Assembly (NCBI GenBank): GCA_903839725.1
Contig: CAIMDG010000002.1
Location: 305,117-369,116 of the forward strand
DNA: 64,000 bases
Origin: an uncultured bacterium
GTDB taxonomy: Bacteria > Patescibacteriota > Minisyncoccia > Phycocordibacterales > PALSA-1337
Direction: 5' to 3'
The position numbers were made by a program, and so were the translations under genes. How positions within the stretch are numbered: position 1 is the first letter of the stretch; every line of letters begins with the position of its first letter. Shown here piece by piece: positions 25,781-34,000 of this stretch. The notes under the pieces are model-generated. The model searched no databases and was not told the origin of the DNA. It saw nothing but the letters and a program-made list of their open reading frames with translations.

Positions 25781-26203
25781 ATGAAGATTAATGTGAAAAA
25801 ACTTCATCCTGAAGCAAAATTGCCCGCATATGCTCATCCTGGTGATGCTGGTATGGATTTTTTTGCACTAGAAAAGACAACGATAGCCCCAAAAGAAAGA
25901 TTGATTGTAAAAACAGGAATTTCTATTGAGATACCTGAAGGATATGTTGGGTTGGTGTGGGATAAAAGTGGTATACCTCTAAAATATGGATTAAAAACTA
26001 TTGGTGGTGTGATTGATGCAGGATATCGTGGGGAAGTTGGGATCGGTCTTTTGAATACCAGTGATCAAGAATATATATTTGAAGCAGGTCATAAGATTGC
26101 CCAAATGCTCATCCAGAAAGTTGAACAAGTTGAATTGATTGAAGTTGCTGAACTTACCGAAACACAACGTGGTACAGGGGGATTTGGTAGTACAGGGAAG
26201 TAG
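25781..26203 (+). CDS. dut: dUTP diphosphatase
   Basis: AHPGDAGMDFFA, GLVWDKSG, ...RGTGGFGSTGK motif 5. ORF-track frame trimmed to ATG 25781. Confidence 0.85.
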   Translation: MKINVKKLHPEAKLPAYAHPGDAGMDFFALEKTTIAPKERLIVKTGISIEIPEGYVGLVWDKSGIPLKYGLKTIGGVIDAGYRGEVGIGLLNTSDQEYIFEAGHKIAQMLIQKVEQVELIEVAELTETQRGTGGFGSTGK

Positions 26204-26208
26204 TAATA

Positions 26209-26730
26209 TTGATAGCAGGCCGACCTCCTCGGCGCATAACTTACCGTAGTGCGCCGAGGATGGGTAGGGCAGTCCAGGCCGTGCTCGCCCTCCAGCGATC
26301 AGCGCCCGCAGGCGACGGAGGTAAGTTATGCGCGCGAGGAGGTCTTGAGTATGTTGACAGAATAAATTCAAAGGAGTACATTATGGCCTGCGGGATAAAT
26401 CGACAAAGAAATTACTATCATTGTCGGAAACACATAGTTGCGAGCACACTACGAGCATTCACATGCTGCGTGGTATCAGGGCAGGAAATGCCCTCGGTTA
26501 CTGAGGTGTCCATGTGTGTCCAGTCATTACTGGTTCGCAAATTGGGCATTCGAAGTTTCCTATCACTGACCAGACGTCACTTAACGTTCTTGCTTCGGAG
26601 GTTTACCTCCAACACCGTTATTCGCTGACAGGTCAGTGCTAATTTTCTCCGTGAAAGCGGGGATTGCTAAGGAAACCATAGGAAAGGGGCGTCGCACATG
26701 GCTGTGCGACGCCCTGATTTTTTTATGTTG
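26209..26730 (+). ncRNA. GC-rich ORF-free island: 24-bp-stem GC-rich hairpin (26222-26344) plus promoter-to-terminator unit (26354-26726), candidate structured RNA, identity unassigned
   Basis: Sharp GC rise in an AT-rich genome. All three + frames open, no minus-strand ORFs. TTGACA-17-TACATT at 26354-26382. Terminator GGGCGTCGCACAtggcTGTGCGACGCCC plus T7 at 26687-26726. Confidence 0.3.
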
Positions 26731-26870
26731 TACAGACTGGTTTTTGTTTTTGACGGTGATACTATGTGTACATGCTCGTCAATTATATGTTTAGTACATG
26801 GTCTAGTTTTATATAGTTTTTATATACGATATGCAGATGTTCTGTATGATTATTTCTAATTTTTAATCCC

Positions 26871-28064
26871 ATGAAAGATACTCAAATAAAAAAACTTATT
26901 GAAACAGAAAAGAAACGCCAGAAAAAAGTTATCAATCTGATTGCTTCAGAAAATTATGTTTCAAAAGATGTGCTCGAAGCTCTTGGTTCTGAACTTACGA
27001 ATAAGTATGCAGAAGGGTATCCTGGCAAGCGTTATTACGGAGGTAATGAAATTATTGATAAGATTGAATCTCTTTGTATTGAACGTGCACTCAAGTTATT
27101 CAAGCTTTCTCCACAGGAATGGCATGTGAATGCCCAGGCGCTTTCTGGCTCACCAGCAAACTTGGCTGTGTATACGGCACTTATTCCTCAAGGAGGAAAA
27201 ATTATGGGTATGTCTCTCGATCAGGGAGGTCACCTTACGCATGGTCACAAAGTTTCAGCTACAGGAAAATTCTGGTTACAAGTTCCATATGGTGTCGATA
27301 AGGACACTGAAGTCTTGAACTACAAACATCTTCACGATATTGCCATGAAGGAAAAGCCTGCAATTATCGTAGCGGGTTACACTGCATATCCACGTCGTAT
27401 CGATTGGGCAAAGCTTCGCGAAATTGCTACAGCCGCAGGAGCATTACTCATGGTTGATATGTCTCACATCTCTGGACTTGTTGCAGGTGGAGTATATCCA
27501 GCACCATTCCCATATGCGGATATTGTTACGACAACAACTCATAAGACACTTCGTGGACCTCGTTCAGCACTCATTTTTGCTCGTGTAGACGAACGTGATT
27601 TGGGTAAGAAGATAGATCGTGCTGTATTCCCTGGTCTTCAGGGTGGTCCTCATGAAAATCAAATTGCAGGAATTGCAATCACACTCAAAGAAGCAATGTC
27701 ACCAGCTTTCAAGAAATATGCGGCGCAGGTTGTGAAGAATGCTGCTGTGCTTGCAAGTGAACTCAATAATTATGGTTGGAAAATTATTTCAGGAGGGACA
27801 GATTCACATCTTGTCCTTGTTGATACATGGATGGGTGGGGCCAAGAATGAAAAGGGGGCAGGAGCAGTCACTGGTAAAGATGCATCTGATCGTCTCGAGA
27901 AGGCTGGTATTATTGTGAATAAAAATGCGATTCCATTTGATGCACGTCCACCGGCAGATCCATCAGGTATTCGTCTCGGTAGTGCCGCTGAAACAACTCG
28001 TGGTGCAAAAGAAAAAGATTTCAAAGCAATTGCAAAGAAAATCGACGCTATTTTGAGGAAGTAG
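26871..28064 (+). CDS. glyA: serine hydroxymethyltransferase
   Basis: NLIASENYVS..., PLP-lysine region VTTTTHKTLRGPR. 397 aa. Confidence 0.9.
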   Translation: MKDTQIKKLIETEKKRQKKVINLIASENYVSKDVLEALGSELTNKYAEGYPGKRYYGGNEIIDKIESLCIERALKLFKLSPQEWHVNAQALSGSPANLAVYTALIPQGGKIMGMSLDQGGHLTHGHKVSATGKFWLQVPYGVDKDTEVLNYKHLHDIAMKEKPAIIVAGYTAYPRRIDWAKLREIATAAGALLMVDMSHISGLVAGGVYPAPFPYADIVTTTTHKTLRGPRSALIFARVDERDLGKKIDRAVFPGLQGGPHENQIAGIAITLKEAMSPAFKKYAAQVVKNAAVLASELNNYGWKIISGGTDSHLVLVDTWMGGAKNEKGAGAVTGKDASDRLEKAGIIVNKNAIPFDARPPADPSGIRLGSAAETTRGAKEKDFKAIAKKIDAILRK

Positions 28065-28081
28065 ATATAGAGCTGGTGTTC

Positions 28082-28104
28082 TTGGATTCCGAATCTGATA
28101 TACT
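28082..28104 (+). promoter_or_regulatory. extended -10 promoter motif (GATTCCGAATCTGATATACT), ATG 7 nt downstream
   Basis: Copy of the recurring motif. Gene start 28111. Confidence 0.45.
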
Positions 28105-28110
28105 TTTGGT

Positions 28111-28797
28111 ATGTTAGTTTCTGTACATTACACGTATCTTCTCGCTTTGATACCTTTTGGAATCATTTGGATTCTTATTTTTCTCAAAAGAAAAGATCTT
28201 CGAAAGGAGATGTACACAATGAGTCTTATCATTGGTGTTTTGAGTGTAATCACTTCGTATTATTGGTGGACGGTAGATTGGTGGAAGCCTCTAACATTTA
28301 CAGGAACAAAAGTTGGTCTTGAAGATTTCTTGATGGGCTTTACGACGGGAGGTATTATGGCAAGCATATATGAAGTGATATTTAAACGAGGACTTTACAA
28401 AAGAAAATTGCATCACCATATAAGTGGGGGACTAACACTTCTATTCCTCCTTGCTCAAACAGTAATGTGGTTATTCTGGGGAGTTGGCCTTACGTCATTC
28501 TGGTCAGCGACTATTGCAATGATTATGGTCGCATTCATCATGATCTTTATTCGTAGAGATCTATTTTTGAGTGCTCTGTTGTCTGGGGTGCTCATGGCAA
28601 TTATTTCTTCTTTGTTCTATTACACGATTATCGTCATTTCTCCGGGCTGGATAGACCAGACATATCTTCATGGCCTAAGTGGTTTAAGACTTTTTGGTGT
28701 GCCTATTGAAGAATACGTCTTCTGGTTCTTGTCGGGAGTCATTTTCGGTCCTTTCTACGAATATTGGCAGGGTGAGAAATTCAAGAAATTGAAATAG
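28111..28797 (+). CDS. lycopene cyclase domain membrane protein (CrtYcd/CruF-like)
   Basis: Seven TM helices with the family's Pro-x-Glu-Glu motif in each half (VGLEDFLMGF, GVPIEEYVFWF). Confidence 0.45.
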   Translation: MLVSVHYTYLLALIPFGIIWILIFLKRKDLRKEMYTMSLIIGVLSVITSYYWWTVDWWKPLTFTGTKVGLEDFLMGFTTGGIMASIYEVIFKRGLYKRKLHHHISGGLTLLFLLAQTVMWLFWGVGLTSFWSATIAMIMVAFIMIFIRRDLFLSALLSGVLMAIISSLFYYTIIVISPGWIDQTYLHGLSGLRLFGVPIEEYVFWFLSGVIFGPFYEYWQGEKFKKLK

Positions 28798-28840
28798 TCT
28801 ATTTTAGTGATTTTCAGCCAATTTCTGCTACAATTGCTCC

Positions 28841-30589
28841 ATGAAAGAACAATTAGTCTCTTCACTCGAAAAAGCCCTTTCAACACTCGGTGTTGAGGCA
28901 AGTTTTGTGCGTCTTGAATATCCCGAGAATCCAGAACACGGTGACTATTCGAGCAATGTGGCAATGATGAATGCTAAGAAGCTCGGCGTGGCACCAAAGG
29001 TGCTTGCAGAAAAGATTGTTGCAGAATTTTCAAATAATAAACCTGATTTTATTGAATCGGTTAGCATTGCTGGTCCAGGATTTATCAATTTCAAATTGAC
29101 CACTTCTGCAGTTACTGCGAATACCTCATCTATCTTAAAACAAAAAGAAAATTTTGGTGTGCAAACTCTCGGTAAAGGTAAGACGATGCTTGTTGAATAT
29201 TCATCACCAAATATCGCAAAGCCTTTTACGGTCGGACATTTACGCTCAACTATTATCGGAGATTCAGTTGCGAACATTCTTGATATGCTCGGCTATACCG
29301 TTGTTCGTGACAATCATTTGGGTGATTGGGGGACACAATTTGGAAAATTGGTTGTTGCATTGGAAAAATGGGGAAGTATAGAGACGATCAAAAAGAGTAA
29401 AGAACCTATTAAAGACCTCGTTGAGTTGTATGTGAAATTCCACGATGAAGTTGAAGGTGCGCGTGAAGCGGGTGATGAAGTTACTGCAAATGATCTTGAA
29501 GAACAAGCACGTGGAGCATTTCAGACACTTGAATCAGATTTACTCAAAGGAAATATCAAGTCTGAATTAGTTTCGACATGGAAGACGTGCATCGAATTAT
29601 CGAAAAAAGAATTTGATATTGTATACAAAAAGCTTGGTGTGTCATTTGATCCAAAGAGGGGAGATACGGAACTTGGTGAAAGTTTTTATATTGATAAGTC
29701 ACAACCAGTTACGGAACAACTCAAAGCAAAGAACCTTTTGAAAGAAAGTGAAGGTGCACAAGTGGTTTTCTTTGAAGGGGAAAAATATCCTCCACTTATT
29801 GTCGAGAAGAGTAATGGTGCTTCTATTTACGCTACTCGCGATTTGGCGGCTGATTGGTATCGCAAGCAAATGTACGGCAAGAATGGAAATCTCACTATTG
29901 TGAATGAAGTTGGTTCAGAACAGACGTTATATTTCAGACAACTCTTTGAAACTGAGAAGATGTTGGGTTGGTTCAACGATGGTGAACGTGTGCATGTGTC
30001 TCATGGTTTGTACCGATTCAAGGATGGAAAAATGTCTACACGAAAGGGTAATGTCATCTGGCTCGATGATATCATCACCGAAGCTGAAACTCGTGCCGCA
30101 AAGATTAATGAACAAAGTGCTCATGATGTAGCGATTGCCGCTATCAAGTTCAATGATCTGAAGCGCGATTCTATTCAAGACATTGTGTTTGATTGGGATG
30201 AAATGATGAGTATGACAGGGGATTCGGGTCCATATCTTCAGTATTCATGTGTTCGCGCAGGAGCTGTCGTAGAAAAGGCTCGTGGACTCGGTATTGCAGG
30301 ATCACTTTCTGGTAAGAGACCAGAAGTTGCGGCACTCGAACAACTAGAGAGAAACCTCGTTCGATTCCCATACATGATTGCATTTGCTGGTGAATCATAT
30401 AAACCAAATATTATTGCAAATTATCTCATTACTACCGCAGCACTATTTAATGGTTTTTATGCTCAAACTATTATTGCTGATGCAGCGGATGAAACATCTG
30501 CCTACAAAGTCGCTGTTACCGAGGCGTTTGCCATTATTATGAAACAAGGTCTTCGCCTTCTTGGAATTACGATTCCAGAGAAGATGTAA
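28841..30589 (+). CDS. argS: arginine--tRNA ligase
   Basis: N-terminal Arg_tRNA_synt_N, SSPNIAKPFTVGHLRSTIIG (HIGH-class), DALR anticodon-binding domain. 582 aa. Confidence 0.92.
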   Translation: MKEQLVSSLEKALSTLGVEASFVRLEYPENPEHGDYSSNVAMMNAKKLGVAPKVLAEKIVAEFSNNKPDFIESVSIAGPGFINFKLTTSAVTANTSSILKQKENFGVQTLGKGKTMLVEYSSPNIAKPFTVGHLRSTIIGDSVANILDMLGYTVVRDNHLGDWGTQFGKLVVALEKWGSIETIKKSKEPIKDLVELYVKFHDEVEGAREAGDEVTANDLEEQARGAFQTLESDLLKGNIKSELVSTWKTCIELSKKEFDIVYKKLGVSFDPKRGDTELGESFYIDKSQPVTEQLKAKNLLKESEGAQVVFFEGEKYPPLIVEKSNGASIYATRDLAADWYRKQMYGKNGNLTIVNEVGSEQTLYFRQLFETEKMLGWFNDGERVHVSHGLYRFKDGKMSTRKGNVIWLDDIITEAETRAAKINEQSAHDVAIAAIKFNDLKRDSIQDIVFDWDEMMSMTGDSGPYLQYSCVRAGAVVEKARGLGIAGSLSGKRPEVAALEQLERNLVRFPYMIAFAGESYKPNIIANYLITTAALFNGFYAQTIIADAADETSAYKVAVTEAFAIIMKQGLRLLGITIPEKM

Positions 30590-30625
30590 ATTAGTAGAAT
30601 TGTCTACTGGGTAAGATTAATTTAT

Positions 30626-30988
30626 ATGAAAATATATATCTCACATGTAAAAGAATCCGATTTTCTTGATGGTCTTTATAAGCCTATAAAAGAATCAGAG
30701 TTATACAGTAAACATGAGTTCTTTTTTCCTCATGATTCAAATGAACTTGTAAATACTAAAGATATTATAAAAAACTCAGCACTTGTTATTGCTGAAGTTT
30801 CGCAACCAGCAACTGGTCAGGGTATTGAGCTCGGATGGGCAAATATACTTAATGTTCCAATTGTGTGCATATATAAAGATGGTTGCAAAATAGCAGGGTC
30901 ACTCAAATATATTTCTGATACATTTATTGTTTATTCAGATCAAACAGATTTGATTAAAAAACTTTCTGAGTATCTTAATAAGATTTAG
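30626..30988 (+). CDS. nucleoside 2-deoxyribosyltransferase-like protein
   Basis: MKIYISH...ATGQGIELGWANILNVPIVCIY fits the NDT-fold catalytic-Glu motif. Confidence 0.45.
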   Translation: MKIYISHVKESDFLDGLYKPIKESELYSKHEFFFPHDSNELVNTKDIIKNSALVIAEVSQPATGQGIELGWANILNVPIVCIYKDGCKIAGSLKYISDTFIVYSDQTDLIKKLSEYLNKI

Positions 30989-31031
30989 ACGCATTGAAAT
31001 AAGCCCTTAATTAGCGTAATCTGTATACATT

Positions 31032-34000
31032 ATGTCAGTAGAAATTCCAGACAAAAAACCAAAATCACCTAATGCGGAGCGTGAAGAACGTATTCTTTTG
31101 AGTTGGAAAGAAAAAGATATTTTCAATAAAACTCTAACTAAACCTGCACCCAAAGGGGAATTCGTTTTTTTTGAAGGTCCTCCAACTGCCAATGGTCGCC
31201 CCGGAATCCATCACCTCGAAGCGCGTGCATTCAAGGATGCAATACCTCGTTACAAAACGATGCAAGGTTTTTATGTGCGTCGCAAAGGAGGTTGGGATAC
31301 TCACGGTTTGCCCGTTGAACTCCAAGTAGAAAAAGAGCTTGGTCTCAAATCAAAAAAGGAAATCGAGAATTACGGTATCGCCGCATTCAATGATAAGTGT
31401 AAAGAAAGTGTTTGGAAATATGTCCATGAATGGGAAGACTTCACCAATCGCATGGGATACTGGGTTGATCTCAAGAATCCATACATCACCTATAAGTCTC
31501 AATATATTGAAGCAGTATGGAATGTCATCAAGACTGCAGATGATAAGAAGTTACTCTATAAAGACTACAAAGTAGTACCATGGTGTCCGCGTTGTGGAAC
31601 AGGATTATCTTCACATGAATTGGCACAAGGGTATGAAGAAGTAAAGGATTTGACGTTGTACGTTAAATTCAAAATTAAATCTCAAATTTCAAATCTCAAA
31701 AATGAAGCACAGGGAGATACATATTTTTTGGCATGGACAACAACACCGTGGACGCTTCCGGGAAATGTGGCATTGGCAGTAGGGAAGGATATTGAATATG
31801 TGAAGGTTAAAACAGGTGAATTACTTTCACCAGAAGCTTCTTCACCTAAAGGTGGTAAAGGTGTCGATATGGAAGCGGCATTTATTCGCGGTAATAATAA
31901 GGATGATATTTATTTAATTCTTGCAAAAGAGCGTTTGAGTGTACTCAAAGATGTTCAGCATGAAATTGTTGAAACAATAAAGGGCTCTGACCTTGTCGGA
32001 CTTTCCTATGAGCCACTATTCTCATTCTTGAAAGACAGCGTGACAGGGGAGCAGAAAGATAAACTTTCACATGCATTCAAAGTATATGCGGGTGATTTCG
32101 TCACCACAACCGACGGTACAGGTATTGTGCACATCGCCCCAATGTATGGACAAGACGATTTTGAGCTCGGTACAAAAAATAATTTGCCAAAATATCATCT
32201 CGTAAATGATGACGGCACGTTCAAAAAAGAATGTGGCTTTTTGGCTGGTAGATTCGTCAAAGAGAAAGATGCTAATGGTAAACCAACCTTGGATGTTGAT
32301 GTGGTTAATTATCTCAAAGAAAAAGGATTATTCTTTGCTCAAGAAAATTATAAGCATACATATCCTCATTGCTGGCGCTGTCATACACCACTTATCTATT
32401 TTGCACGTGATTCATGGTATATCCGCATGTCATCACTTCGAGATGAGCTCGTTAAACAAAATGAAGGTATTCATTGGGAACCTGAACATATCAAAGAAGG
32501 ACGTTTCGGTGAATGGCTCCGCGAAATCAAGGATTGGGCAATTTCACGTGAGCGTTATTGGGGAACACCATTGCCAATCTGGTCATGTGAAAAATGTCAT
32601 GCACGAAAAGTTGTTGGTTCAGTCGATGATCTCAAACGTCCTGCAAAGAATACGTATTATGTGATGAGACATGGTGAGTCGACAGGTAATATTGAAAGGG
32701 TTTTGAATAGTAGTATAACCGCGCAAGTTTCTCTTACTGATACTGGTAAAGAGCAAGTAAAAAAGTCCGCGCAAGCTTTGAGAAAGATATCATTTGACTA
32801 CATAATCGCTTCTCCTCTTGTGCGCACCCAAGAAACAGCACATATTGTAAAAAATGAACTCGGTCTTACTGATAGTCAGATGATTACGGATGAACGTCTA
32901 GTCGAACTCGGTCTTGGTCCATGGAATGGAAAACCTGTAGATGATTTTCTTGATGCGTATCCAGTCGCTAGTCGCTTTGAGAAGACTATTGAAGGTGTAG
33001 AATCGTATGTTGATCTCAAAAAACGCGTTGGCGGTTTTCTCTATGAGTGTGAGAAAAAATATGAGGGCAAAACTATTCTTATCGTTACTCATGGTTCTCC
33101 TGCTACATTACTTGTGGCTGTGACACAGGGAATGAATCATGAACAAACTATTTCCTACGAAGAAGAACATTTCCTCGGTAATGCTGAAGTTCGTCCTCTT
33201 CAATATACCGTTTTTCCACATAATACTGAGTATGAACTCGATCTCCACCGACCATTCATCGATGAGGTAACCTTTGCATGTTCGTGTGGAGGAGTAATGA
33301 AGCGTGCAAAAGAAGTTATGGACGTCTGGTTTGATTCTGGAGCTATGCCATTTGCGCAAGATCACGAGATGAAATCTCAAATCTCAAAAATCAAATCTCA
33401 AAACTTCTTTTCAAAATTATTCGGTAAGGAATCAAAGATGTTATATCCTGCCGATTTTATTTCAGAGGCAATTGACCAGACTCGTGGATGGTTCTATACA
33501 CTTCATGCTATTGGTGCAATCATGGGGAAGGGTAAGGCGTACAGGAATGTTATTTGTCTCGGACATATTCTCGATGCTGAGGGTAAGAAGATGTCCAAGT
33601 CTGTAGGTAATGTGGTGAATCCATGGGACATGATGGATCTTTACGGTGCTGATGCATTACGTTTTTGGATGTATTCGGTCAATCAGCCAGGTGACTCAAA
33701 GAATTTTGATCAAAAAACAGTTGATGAGGTGGTGAAGAAAGTATTTAACTTGGCTTCAAATGTTCTTTCGTTCTATAAGATGTACGAAGATACATCTCAA
33801 AAATCAAATCTCAAAAATCAAATCAAATCGCAAAACGTACTGGATCAATGGATCATCACACGATTGGATGAAGTTATTGAGACGGTCACAAAAGGACTTG
33901 ATGGGTATGTATTCTTGGAACCTACACGTACTATCCGTGATTTTATCGCTGATCTATCACAATGGTATCTTCGCCGTTCACGCGATAGATTCAAGGGTGA

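Noticed and set aside
26209-26628. ORF-track proteins in the GC-rich islands (26209-26628; 37431-37646; 37508-37963; 37747-37980).
   Set aside because: All three same-strand frames are open simultaneously, which is composition-driven. The peptides are Arg/Pro/Cys-rich and low-complexity, with no start context. These are interpreted as RNA or structured DNA, not CDS.
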